DNA of 64,000 nt from Bigelowiella natans CCMP2755 (GCA_000320545.1 ADNK01000423.1:1-64000), one strand, 5' to 3'. Positions 16,402-27,501 are shown, counted from the stretch's first letter. The notes: generated by a model from the sequence alone, not told the origin. Program-made: numbers and translations.

Positions 16402-16602
16402 TATTGTATATCTTCACCTTTTGTAGCTCTTTTAGCTGTGTTTCCAGCAAGTTTTGCCTCTGACCCTCCTCAATATAAGCTTTGGAATAAAATCTCTCCT
16501 TCCCGCCTTGAAGCTCCTCCTCCTTGTCATAATCTTGCTGCTGCTGCTGTCCCTAATTGGGGTTTCGTTTTAGAAGAATATAACATCATTATTATACACA
16601 TA

Positions 16603-16664
<62 letters not shown>

Positions 16665-16688
16665 GAGAGAGAACCTATATGTACGTAA

Positions 16689-16732
<44 letters not shown>

Positions 16733-17168
16733 GTGTATACACGTGTATGAGCTCTGAAATTGTGTTAAAATACACTTCGAATTGAGACGATGATGACAGT
16801 GATGTTGCTGTTAATGGTTTCACCTGATGCTCTTGTAATCCTATAGGCATCATCGTGCTACTTTTCTGATGCTGTTCCTGCTTATCATCTTCCTTCTTCT
16901 CTTTAGTAGAAGCAGCATGTAGTATTGTGCGAGTAGAGAGCTTGTTTGTTTCTGATCTAAGTGTCCTTATCTCACTCAAAAGCGTATCAATTTTAGAGTC
17001 TATCTGCAATCTCATGACAAGTTCGCTCTCCCCAAGTCCTCTCCCTCTTCCCATAGCATCATCACCGTCATCCCCCCTTGTGGGAGTGGGGGGCGGGGGG
17101 GCAGGATCATTCGTATAGACGACGGTATTGTCATTAACGGTATTGAGATCATTAGCGGTATGGGCGCC

Positions 17169-17201
<33 letters not shown>

Positions 17202-18335
17202 CGTCTTCGTAGAATATACATCGTTTGTACTCTGCTTCTTGTGCCTGCTTCCCGCAATGACTTCATCGTTATTAGCAGCATTATCATCGTTACCATCATC
17301 ACTATTATCATCAGTATTATAAGCTTTCATGATCCTGGTAGTACTCCTGATTGTTGGCAGAATAGTGGAGAATTGCAGGGCCGTGGGTCGTTCAATAAGC
17401 AGCTCTTTAGCTTTCCTGCTGCCTCCCTTAATATCGAATGCGGCGCTCTCATTTTGCTGTGCAAGAGCTAAGGCTTGGAGAGCGTTCAGATATTCTTCTC
17501 GTCGTTCCTCTGCAATGCAGATAACCTGCTCGAACAAATTTGCAACACACGAGGAGGATTTAGTAAATGCGGCATTACTTATCACTGGTGCAGTGTTCAT
17601 TTTCCGACGTTTTCTCGTGCTAATCTGTGTTGTGAAATCGGCGCCGTCTGTGATACATGTTCTATGCTGATAATCACATTCGATTTGAAGGCGTCCAGCA
17701 AGCGGCAGGCAACACGAGGGGGGATAGAGGAAAGCTTAGAAGCGAGGGTGTCATCTATCGTCAATAATGATACATCAGAACTCCCAGCTGGCTTTATCTC
17801 TTTACTATTTCCTGCGTGAACAACTGATTTCTTGCCATCACCATCATGTTCTATCATCCGTAACAACTTTGTCTCTTCCTCTCCAAGAGCAGCACGTGCA
17901 ATCCTCACGTCAACATACAATCTCCATGCCTTAAGATATCTGTGCATAGATTTTTCATCAGGAGATGCTGATTTGGGAACCAGATTGAAAGAAAGAAGAA
18001 GAAGAAGATGATGATGAAGAACAAAAACACAATCCTAGCAGTTTACAAAAAAGAAGGGAAAATAGTCTGGATACATCATCTAATCTACCATCCATCACCT
18101 TTGTTGCTGCCTGATTTGGCGAACCCAAGTGGCGTGATACAGCGTCTTCTGAACTCTGCATTATTTATGATTACAAGGTGGCGGTGGACATAAACGACGT
18201 CAACCAATCCTTTAAAAAAAATAGTTCAGTTATGTTCTCTTAGTGCTATTACCGTCGATTCTTTTCGGCGTTGGCATATATCTCACGTGTTTCGTCGTCA
18301 TCCCCTCCCTGGCATTTTGGTAGTTGAGCCCCCAT
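7571..18335 (-). CDS. Multi-exon kinesin-14-type motor protein (long N-terminal stalk, motor near the C-terminus); gene ends approximate
   Basis: Spliced motifs in order on the minus strand: RKNMIDEIQ (~14050-14080), KGNIRVFARIRP (~13745-13790), YAYGQTASG|KTFTMEG (13088-13130, 12660-12688), VEIYKEQ|VYDLL, SSRSHIF (SSRSH at 10591-10605), MIDMAG|SER (~10384-10400, 10296-10308), INKSISAF, HVPFRDSKLTTLL (~9470-9510), ETKRSIEFAALIRNVELG (~8880-8935). Confidence 0.88.
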
Positions 18336-18981
18336 GAGGTCCACCCTGCCTTCCTCCTCCCTCCTCCTCCGAGTCCCTTATGCAATCTTCCTTCGCTTTT
18401 TGAACCTGCTTATTGTTTGCACATCAACTTGATGCCAACCATCCTCTGACTAATTGATTATCTGTATCGAGACATCGAGTAAGTTTTCATCGTCGTCGTC
18501 GTCGTCGTCGTCTGTCTTCTATAACCCCTGGCTGTATGTCTGTCTATCTAGGTGTGAACACTTGTCAGCTAACTAAGCTCTTTGTTGTTAATGTCGATGA
18601 TGATGACGATGATGATGATGATGATGATGATGATGATACCCGTCGTCGTCGTCGTCGTCGTCGGTACGAGTACTACCTACGAGGAGGGGTAGACTCATTA
18701 AGGGCCTGCCCCAAGCTAGTTCTTTGTCGCCCATGTCGAATACCATGCTATATCCCAATTTCATGTGCGACAACATATGGAGAGACATTTTAATCACAAA
18801 TACATGCCATTTTGACACTATGACTACAAATTTCTTCCATAAGTCGGTTTCGGGTCGAGGAAACGACGCATTGCATTACCCAGACCTGGATCAGCAACAA
18901 CGATTGTCTGCCTCCCCCACCAACCACCCACCAACCCCTGCACGCGATAAAAGTATTGCAGATATCGCGTGGGTGGAAGCT

Positions 18982-21024
18982 ATGAAGAGCGCAAAGAATG
19001 AACCTTCTTCATGGGGGGTAGGCTTCATCCATCGAGATCCTTTTTTATATTTCCTCTATATGAACAACAAACTGCTTCATAATTTTAGATTCTACGTAAA
19101 ACCACACCCCGATTCATGTGTCGCACGTGAATTCGTTTTGTGTAGGAATCTATGCGCCAATACCGCGAAAAATCTTCGTCCACAGACACGGGAGCAGTGT
19201 ATAGTGTGCCCACACGGTTTAACCATGAGAAGTTGAGATCAATGGAGCAATTCGATATAATCCGCCAAAAATTTAAGGATCCGGTGAAAGAAGAGCTTTT
19301 CTCTCAGAGTTTTGGGGCAAATCTTGAAATGACACGCTCAAAAGCTTTGGTTGGTTTTTATCTTCGCATTACAAAAAATAATCAGTTACTTTTCATGATG
19401 GTGCTTTGTTTGTGCCATTACCAAAAATATTGCATATTACTTAGTAGGAATCAGGGAAGTTGAAGCAAAGTATTTAGGAAAATGCAAATACAAGCATTTT
19501 GCCACATTTGTATAGCATTAGACAAAATACCGTACACACTCATTCTGTTGTTTCTAAAAAGGAGAAATACGATAAAACTGACCGTGGCTTCCATATGCTG
19601 AGCAACAAAGTCACTAGTCCCATCAAAGCCAATAGTGGAGTTAAGACGCGAAAGCCTATCGACAGCAAGCATATTACGCGTGTTGGCTACAACATAGTAA
19701 CAAATCAAGACCGAGTTACCGGGTAACCTTCTACGCACAATCACATGTGCTCTCTCTTACACACTCTCTTTCACACACATTTTCAGTAAAAAATGGTGAA
19801 ATTGTAAGATTTCAACATCTCACTTGACACTACTGTCTTTTAGAATGGTAGTTGATCCTCAGCTACGTACAAGTGTTGGGTTACGTGCACAAAAGGACTA
19901 CAGACACTTTGATATTGTCAGCAATAAATACGTAGAGAATCATGACCAGGTAGTACCGGCAGTAGTATTTATACACCACACATTTCCAGCATTCTATACT
20001 GAATCTTTCACACTGATTTTAATCTTTGCCCGCTCTGGATCATAGCATTTTGAGGAGGATCAAGCCGCATCTCGGAAGATTGCTGCCGAGAAATTCCATG
20101 TGAAAAGGGACTTTGATCTCATCAAAGGAGCCCATTATGACAAGGAAAAGGAAGAAAAATTTCTTCGGTGAGTAAGCAAACTAAATTTCAACAATGGATT
20201 TTGCATAAAATCAAGACCTTGCTAAAGTTGAGGTTTTTATTTTTGATTGTGTACAGAACCCGTGAGGAAAAAACTGCAGACGACAACATGACGATGTTGA
20301 ACCGCTTGCCATTATCGTAATATCCATAATCAAATCTTTCTTTCTAAATTGAAACACATTATCGTCTGGCCAACAAAACGATGAAGTTGGGTAGGATCAT
20401 GATCCCTTAACACTTTTCGATTGTTTGTCCAGGTATAAAGTTAGTGATGGAATGCTCTATAATATAATCAATGGCGATGTGTATCAGAAAGGTCCACAGA
20501 TTTAAATTTCACATCGAAGAGAATTAATATATGTATCGTCTACTATTTTTCTCTCAGAGCAACTTGGTCATCACGAACACTTGCTTGATCGCCGTCGGAA
20601 CATCCATAAGAGAAACTACAAAGTGCAGAGCGAGCATAGGGTATCGCATTTAAGAGTAGCATTTTGCTTGTGTAGGAGTTATGTTTTTCTTACGACGAAA
20701 ATTATCCACCCATATTCTCGAAAATACAGGCCAGGGGAGACCGTGAACAGGATATTTCTGAAAATAGGAGAATGGCGCGCGTGTCCTATGTTAGATATCA
20801 AGGTGAAAGGTAAGAGGAAGAATGTCAAATTCCTTGAGAAAAGTTGGAATCTGTTGAAACGCATTTATTATGAGAAAGTAGATCGTAAAGATGATCTCGG
20901 CAATAATTTTTCGATCAGAAATCGAGGATTCAATATTGTAAATCAAGGCAAAATCAAGAAGTCATCGCAGCCTCACAAATTTTTCCCTAAGAAGAAGCTC
21001 TCAGTCTGGGAGGTATGTGACTGA
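18982..21024 (+). CDS. Multi-exon protein with repeated [YF][ND][IL][IV] motifs, possibly a ciliary microtubule-inner-type protein; boundaries approximate
   Basis: Short GT-AG introns. Exon peptides QFDIIRQKF, GYNIVTNQ, HFDIVSNKY, DFDLIKG, YNIING, RGFNIVN. Divergent from the kinesin gene. Confidence 0.5.
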
Positions 21025-22111
21025 ATCAGGCCTCACAAAAAAATGCCCGGATATCATCATGTTCTTTCTTTTGTATTTGTTCATTGCGCTAATAATATTT
21101 TGGTCTACATGTTCCATCTAGTCCATGAAAAAAACGTAAAAGCATCATCAAGAATGTCAGCAGCACCTTTCGTGCATGGAATGGAAGTGGAGAATGGTGA
21201 CTGTTTTCACATCCAGTGTTTTGAAGGGAATCGATATTGATGAATGGTGTGCATGCAATGCATTGCAGTGATGTCTAAATGTGCATTAGGACAATGTGAT
21301 TGGTGTGTTGCATGGCATTGCTGGTCTGTCACGTTGAGTTAGCACGAGCATGGCCAGTGAGCAAGTTTGCGCATTTTCCACAATTCAGCAGATTCATCAT
21401 GGCATTGAGCCACATGCTAGCATGTGTGTGCATGCAAAAACGATCGTGCCCACTTCTTGTCTTCATGATCGATCTTTTCGATCTCCATTCGTGCATGACG
21501 ACCAAGCAGCAGCAATCGCAACGCACCACAAGCTAGCTTGCACAACGCAACGAGCACATGCGCGCGGTCCTCTTCCAGCCAATGCGCTAGAATGATCTGC
21601 TGCGGCTGCAATGCCATGGGTTGACTGCAGCTTGTGCAACACTGTCGTCGATCATTGAGTGCATCATAGCATTGACATGTGGCACACATGCTGATGCCGC
21701 TGCACATCGCAGCATTGCAGAGCATCAGATTGGCGCAACGCTAGCCTGCTAGCAACAATGGCGAACAATCACAATCGTGCATGCTAGCATGCCAGCATGC
21801 GCTGCTGGGCTGGCGTCTCCATGCATTGTGATCGAACTGTCCGAATGAGTGATGAAGTGTTCCCAAGCCTGCAGCAACGTGTGGACGAAGAAGCAGAGAA
21901 GCACCACCAGAATTGCTCAATTCCATGCACCTCGCTCCCTGACGCCGTGAACGAGCAATGAGGAGTGATGTTACGAAGCAAGTGCAGTCGCATCAACAAG
22001 ACCATGCACGCAAAGAGAGCTTGCAGAGACAAGACTGGCAGAGAAAGACACGTGTGAAGACATTGGTGCTGTTGCACGCAGCGTGCACACGCACAGAGAC
22101 TCAAGTCTCCA

Positions 22112-22437
22112 TGTAGCGCGTACTACTACGCGAGCACAAGTCACGTGCGACAACAAAGGGGTTGTCGCGGATATAGAATATAGATAACGTAGATATTAAT
22201 ACAGTATAGGCACGTGGGTTCCGGCGGGACTCATGGCAGCACACCGGAAGTGTGCTGCCCCACGTGCGGCGGCATTCGCGAAAGCTTCGCGAATGATTAC
22301 GCAGTGCACGATTTAATAAAAATGTGATCTTTAATGAAAATAAACATAACTCTTCAAAAGGAAGCAAACGTGCCTTCCCCCCCCCCTGCCTACTTGTGCA
22401 CGTAGCGCCTCGGCCTGTGAACACCTTACGCGCAACA
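22112..22437 (+). repeat. 5' LTR (326 bp)
   Basis: Identical by eye to 27502-27827. Imperfect 11-bp terminal inverted repeat TGTAGCGCGTA...TACGCGCAACA. TATA-like AT-rich block and AATAAA inside. Confidence 0.95.
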
Positions 22438-22442
22438 ACCTT

Positions 22443-22460
22443 TGGCTTCCACACACGGGA
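22443..22460 (+). promoter_or_regulatory. Primer-binding site (tRNA-complementary)
   Basis: TGGCTTCCACACACGGGA, 5 nt downstream of the LTR. Its reverse complement ends in ...GGAAG-CCA like a tRNA 3' end. The isoacceptor was not determined. Confidence 0.7.
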
Positions 22461-22476
22461 AACGATTTGACTAACA

Positions 22477-25400
22477 ATGTTACAGCAGCTAGAAGAACAG
22501 CAGGACTTTGGCTCGCAGGCCGTACAAGGGCACGAGCAGAAACAGGAAAGGAAGGGCGATACGGACGCTAAGGAAGGAGGAGGAACACCTCCACAGGCAC
22601 CGCCGGGACCAGCACCCGGGATTAAGAAAGCAGATGCAGCAGCAGAGGCACTGGAGAACTTCTACGAGGCGGACGACGAGGACGTGGCCGCCGAAAGCAA
22701 GAAGGTCGTAATGGCATTACGAGCCTTGCGACCCAGGGCGAGCAACTACGCCAAACTGAAAGTATCGATAGAATACAAGTATCAGACACATGATGTTTGG
22801 GCAGCTATCATGCAGGACATCATGGATTACGAAGCAGACTTACCTCCAGAGTGGGCAGCTTTGTTTAGGAACGACGGGGGTCTGGGCGCCTCGCGGGGGA
22901 CGACCCAGAGCACCGTCAAGCAGCAGCAGCCGGTACAGCGGAACACCCAGTTCATGTCTGTTAAAACAGCACCGGTTATGATAACGAAATACAACGGGAA
23001 AAGAGGTGAGGCAAGGAGGTGGTGGAAGAACGCTAGGAGTATACTCTGCGACTTTACCCCTAACCCCACCGAAAACGACAAGCTCAAATGGCTAGCTATA
23101 ATAAAGCAAGCCATGGACCTTTACGAGACAGGCAGGACCCGGATCAGGCAGCTGGAGAAAATACACACTACAGTTAGTGGGCTACGAGACGTTGAGGCGA
23201 TAATGAAGGCTTTTGTAAATGAACAGGATGCTAACTCCCTACCCCAGGCTATTAGAAAATACAGAGCAATGATGCAGCATGAGAGAGAACCTGTTAGAGA
23301 CTTTGCCACGCGCTTCCAGGATATGATCGACGAACTACATGATTTTAATTACAACACAGGTGATGATCAGGCAAGGTTTGAAGAGTTCAAGTTAAAGATA
23401 AAGGAATCCACTTACGTTACGGAGAAAGGCTACACCACGATGGAGGCAGCAGTGCGGGCTATATCCCTACGCGAGCAGGAGCAGGACCGCAAGTTTACCA
23501 GCCCTAAGGTACCTGGCATAGGAAACATTAACGCTATTAAGCCGCAGCGAGACTGGTACAAGGACAGGGAAGGTAACCGACGTTGCGGATACTGCTCACG
23601 TAAAGGGAAACACACCGCTAAAGACTGCAGAGACAGGAAAGAAGGACGACCCAGGATGACGATCAGGCAGCTCAACGAACACTACGAGAAGTTAAAGAGA
23701 AAGAAAGGCAGAGGACAAGGATATAACAACAGCAAATGGCAAGGCAGCAACAACGGGAAGAACAATAAATATAAGAACAAGAAGCAGAACAGTATCAATG
23801 CTATACAGCAGCAGATAAACGGAATATTAGATCACCTTAAGCAGGCGCCGACGAAGACAGCAGTACCAGCAACGCAGGACCAAGACAAGCCCATGACCCT
23901 AGACGACATAAAGAACTTAGGAGTATGCAACATTAATGACGAAGACGCTAACAGGACTATCAAAGTTGCTATGACCAAGGTTAAAGTTAAAGACAGCTAC
24001 GGAGACTACAAGAAACTACCTGCCCTTTGGGATAGTGGCAGCATGCCGAAGTCCTTCATAAGCCTAAGCACAGTAAGAAGGTTAGGACTATTGGATCAAG
24101 TGACTAAGAAAGAACGTAAATATGCTCAAGCAGACGGAAGCTCTTCTATGAAGACCGTCGGTGAGCTAATGCTAAAGCTACAGATACCTGGCAGCGACGC
24201 GGAGACCCAAATCAAGACCCGAGTAGCCATGACTTTATCCATGGAACTACTCCTCGGACAGGATGCCCTAGAAAAATTAGGGGGGATCATATCATTCTAC
24301 AATCACAAGATATACTATGCTAAGTTACCAAAGAAGTCAGGCAGGACCATCAGCCAGAACATGATACGGCTTGACGAGTGGACCTCTGAGTCAAGCGTTA
24401 ATGCGTTAGAGTTTATGGACCTAGCGGACAACAAGCTACCTACACCTACCGAGCTACGGAAGAAGAACCCCGGCAAGACCATCCGACAGATAACGGAGCT
24501 ACTGGACAAGACCCCCCCAGCTGATGATTGGGATATCGACAAAGGCAAAAAGTACATTGATAAAATATTAAACGAGAAGTACTCTGACATTACCAAGCCG
24601 ACGACGAAGCCCTCCAGCAAACTTACCCCAGTAAAGATCGAGCTAAAGGAGGGATACGAAGAGTGCATCATCAATGACCCAGAACATAGGCGACCGGAAG
24701 CGGACTGGGAAAAGATGGAGTGGCAGATCAATGAATGGGCAAAGGAAGGGAAGATAGAGCCAAGCAACTCACCATGGAACGTGAGACATGTGCTAGCTAA
24801 GAAACCTACTTACCCTTTCTTCCGCCTGGCGCACAACTTCATCCGCCACAACCGAGTAATAAAGAGAATCCAGACACCTACACCAAGGATAGATGACGTT
24901 ATTGAACACGTCATAGGATACAAATACTACTCTTCCCTAGATAAAAATGAATCATACATGCAGACACCCATCCACAAAACCTCCCGCCCCATTACCGCGT
25001 TCTCCAGCAGGCACAGGAAGTGGCACTTCGTCGTATTCCCTTACGGCCTAAGCATATCAGGGGATGCGTTCAGTAGTCAGAACTACAGGGCATACACACA
25101 TGATGGGATGGCGTCTGTGTTGTGGGTGTTTGTGTTTGTGTATGTGGATGATGACATAATATGTACCAACACAGTCGTCGCTCAGATCTTCCTCCTGGAA
25201 AATATATTTATTAGGTTTGCACACTTCGGTTTTACTATTAGACTGCAGAAGTGTACATTCCTAGCTACAAGAATCAAGTGGTGTGGATATTACCTGGAGC
25301 AAGGCCGCATCACCCCAAACCCCGAGAAAGTAGCAGCACTACAGCAAGCCCCTAAACCTAAGAATGCAAAGGAGTTAAAGTCATTCTTGCAGACTGCAGC

Positions 25401-27450
25401 TTGGATACTACGTAGGTTCTCCCCTACCTACGCTAGGACTGCAGCTGCTTTTACTACTGCTTACCGGAAGGAGAACTCTGTAGGCCTCAGCTTCGCTAAG
25501 GTGTGGGCCAAGGCTGGCCTTGATGCCCACTTCGATAACCTAATAAAGTTATGCAGCAACACCCTATTGAATGCTAAGCTAGACACTACTAGACCAGCTA
25601 CCCTATGGACAGACTGGTCTAAGCTAGGTATGGCTGCTGTACTTACCCAAGACCAGCAGATCATACGGGTGTGGGGCAGGGCCTGCACAGCAGCTGAGGC
25701 CAAGTACAGCCCTACAAAAGGAGAGTATAAAGCCATGACTGAGGCGCAGAGGAAACTAAGATACTACCTGCTGTCGGTGCCCAGCTTCACCTTAATGACT
25801 GACCACAAGCCCCTCCTAGGCATCGACCGCAAGCTCGAAGCGCCTAACGATGAGTATGCAGCTATGAGGGCGGACACGGAAGAGTTTAGGGACAAGAGGA
25901 CAGTGGTCTACGCACCAGGAGACAAGCAGCTTGCTGACTATTTCAGCAGGCTGTTCGAAAAGAAAGTCCCTACCCAGGTCACCCCTATGGTTAACGCGAT
26001 TACCTTCGAGGACGGCGACTTCCTGCCTGAGCCAGAGGAGCTCCAGCACCTTCAAGAACACCTGGATAAATACAAACACAAGCATGAGGTACTTAGTGAT
26101 AGGATATATGTATACACTAATAATGTTAGGCGTACCTACGTGCCACGGCGGACCAGGGGAGCCCTTCTCTTTACCGCCCATGGACCTGCACACGTAGGAG
26201 AAAACCATATCACTGCTCTACTCTACCATTACTACTGGCCCTACAAGCTAAAAGAGATAAGGACATACCTGCGTGGCTGCAGGTGCTCCAGCTTGAAGGC
26301 GGCAGGTGTCGCCACCAAGGAGTCCAGCAAGAGCCGTGCATCTAAGAAAATCAAAGCAAGGAACTTCTTAGATATCGTGCAAATTGATGTTTATAAGTAC
26401 GATGGCTATCACTACCTTACCTTCGTTGATGTGGCCACTGGAAAGTGCTGGGTTAAAAAGATTATCAAGGTCAACGTTGCTAAGAAGAACAAAGGCTTAT
26501 ATAAGCAGAGGCTTACTAACTGCTACCGTACCTGGGAGTCTGAGCTCCAGGCTATCCCTGATGAAGTTAGCATAAACAAGATACCAAAGAAGTTACATGT
26601 GGATAATGAGACCTCTCTTCTACAGCTACCACACCCTAATATTGATGCCTCACCTGTATACTATGCCCAGTCCAACTCCAAGGTAGAGCGACTCCACCGC
26701 ACCTTGGCCAACCTAAGCAGGATAAATAGCACCACACCAGACAAGATACAAGGGTTAGTAAACGACACCTTCACGTCTGGGGGAGGTATCAAGGATAAGG
26801 AGAGGGAAGAAGGCGACGACAACGACGACGATACCGAGAGCGAAGACGAGAAGGTCCCGTACGATGGCCGAGTTCTAAAGGAAGGACAGTATGTTAGGGC
26901 CAAGGTAAATCTGAGATCGAGAAATAAACAAGACCCCTTCTGGGGTGGCGTTGCAAAGGTTACCGAGAGGAAGGGGAGGAAGCAGTACTACATCTATGAT
27001 GGGAACAGGGTCACCTTGCGCCACATCAGTCACCTAAAGAATTATGATATCGGTGAGAAGCTCCTAGAGGATGTTAAAGTAAACCCTACTGTGTGGGAGC
27101 GAGCAATGCCTTGTTTAGGACCCCGACCTAAGTTCGATGTGGAATATGGAAACAATAAGGTCAGGGTGAACGACGATTGGCGCATGAAGATTGTCTATCT
27201 AGGCTACCCTGGATTACGAAATATGGAGAGGGTAGCTATGAAAATAAAGGACGGAAAATATCAGCTACTCTACCTAGCTGTTCCCGACTTACCCTTTGAG
27301 CACTGGTATAAGGTCCTGGGGGACCTTGATGCAGAGGGCTGGTATGGACACGAACCTAAGGACGAAGGTGAGTTCTGGGTAAGCGACAAAGGAGATAAGG
27401 TTAGAGAGGAATCTATTACCTGGTGGTTGGTGAAGTTCCGAAAGCGATAA
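22477..27450 (+). CDS. Gag-Pol polyprotein, 1657 aa (Gag with zinc knuckle, aspartic protease, RT, RNase H, integrase, C-terminal N6-adenine-MTase-like domain)
   Basis: Knuckle CGYCSRKGKHTAKDC; protease LWDSGS; RT LDKNESY, FPYGL, YVDD; RNase H TDWS and TDHKPL; integrase HGPAH..CRC, VQID, HVD, KVE; GPY/F-like DPFWGG. Confidence 0.96.
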   Translation: MLQQLEEQQDFGSQAVQGHEQKQERKGDTDAKEGGGTPPQAPPGPAPGIKKADAAAEALENFYEADDEDVAAESKKVVMALRALRPRASNYAKLKVSIEYKYQTHDVWAAIMQDIMDYEADLPPEWAALFRNDGGLGASRGTTQSTVKQQQPVQRNTQFMSVKTAPVMITKYNGKRGEARRWWKNARSILCDFTPNPTENDKLKWLAIIKQAMDLYETGRTRIRQLEKIHTTVSGLRDVEAIMKAFVNEQDANSLPQAIRKYRAMMQHEREPVRDFATRFQDMIDELHDFNYNTGDDQARFEEFKLKIKESTYVTEKGYTTMEAAVRAISLREQEQDRKFTSPKVPGIGNINAIKPQRDWYKDREGNRRCGYCSRKGKHTAKDCRDRKEGRPRMTIRQLNEHYEKLKRKKGRGQGYNNSKWQGSNNGKNNKYKNKKQNSINAIQQQINGILDHLKQAPTKTAVPATQDQDKPMTLDDIKNLGVCNINDEDANRTIKVAMTKVKVKDSYGDYKKLPALWDSGSMPKSFISLSTVRRLGLLDQVTKKERKYAQADGSSSMKTVGELMLKLQIPGSDAETQIKTRVAMTLSMELLLGQDALEKLGGIISFYNHKIYYAKLPKKSGRTISQNMIRLDEWTSESSVNALEFMDLADNKLPTPTELRKKNPGKTIRQITELLDKTPPADDWDIDKGKKYIDKILNEKYSDITKPTTKPSSKLTPVKIELKEGYEECIINDPEHRRPEADWEKMEWQINEWAKEGKIEPSNSPWNVRHVLAKKPTYPFFRLAHNFIRHNRVIKRIQTPTPRIDDVIEHVIGYKYYSSLDKNESYMQTPIHKTSRPITAFSSRHRKWHFVVFPYGLSISGDAFSSQNYRAYTHDGMASVLWVFVFVYVDDDIICTNTVVAQIFLLENIFIRFAHFGFTIRLQKCTFLATRIKWCGYYLEQGRITPNPEKVAALQQAPKPKNAKELKSFLQTAAWILRRFSPTYARTAAAFTTAYRKENSVGLSFAKVWAKAGLDAHFDNLIKLCSNTLLNAKLDTTRPATLWTDWSKLGMAAVLTQDQQIIRVWGRACTAAEAKYSPTKGEYKAMTEAQRKLRYYLLSVPSFTLMTDHKPLLGIDRKLEAPNDEYAAMRADTEEFRDKRTVVYAPGDKQLADYFSRLFEKKVPTQVTPMVNAITFEDGDFLPEPEELQHLQEHLDKYKHKHEVLSDRIYVYTNNVRRTYVPRRTRGALLFTAHGPAHVGENHITALLYHYYWPYKLKEIRTYLRGCRCSSLKAAGVATKESSKSRASKKIKARNFLDIVQIDVYKYDGYHYLTFVDVATGKCWVKKIIKVNVAKKNKGLYKQRLTNCYRTWESELQAIPDEVSINKIPKKLHVDNETSLLQLPHPNIDASPVYYAQSNSKVERLHRTLANLSRINSTTPDKIQGLVNDTFTSGGGIKDKEREEGDDNDDDTESEDEKVPYDGRVLKEGQYVRAKVNLRSRNKQDPFWGGVAKVTERKGRKQYYIYDGNRVTLRHISHLKNYDIGEKLLEDVKVNPTVWERAMPCLGPRPKFDVEYGNNKVRVNDDWRMKIVYLGYPGLRNMERVAMKIKDGKYQLLYLAVPDLPFEHWYKVLGDLDAEGWYGHEPKDEGEFWVSDKGDKVREESITWWLVKFRKR

Positions 27451-27493
27451 AGGTCTAAGGGAATAAGGAAGGAAGGAAGGAGCAACGTGACTT

Positions 27494-27501
27494 GGGGGAG
27501 G
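27494..27501 (+). promoter_or_regulatory. Polypurine tract
   Basis: GGGGGAGG abutting the TG of the 3' LTR. Confidence 0.8.

Larger units (their letters stand above)
1..18700. repeat. Dense microsatellites: (AC)n, (AT)n, (AG)n, (TAG)n, (GAT)n, (CAG)n, (GAG)n, mainly intronic; also frequent at 52000-64000
   Basis: Directly visible, e.g. 185-222, 3246-3296, 3500-3606, 3692-3722, 9825-9858, 16597-16729. Confidence 0.95.

Noticed and set aside
21300-22111. CpG methylation decay or fungal RIP as the cause of TG/CA richness
   Set aside because: CpG is still common in these tracts, and RIP would raise TpA rather than remove it.
22210-22270. Three-way-junction-like LTR structure as a hammerhead ribozyme
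   Set aside because: The CUGANGA and GAAA core motifs are not present in the required positions on either strand.
22101-22454. Antisense ORFs over the LTRs (also 27455-27832)
   Set aside because: No domain similarity. They are duplicated only because the LTRs are identical.
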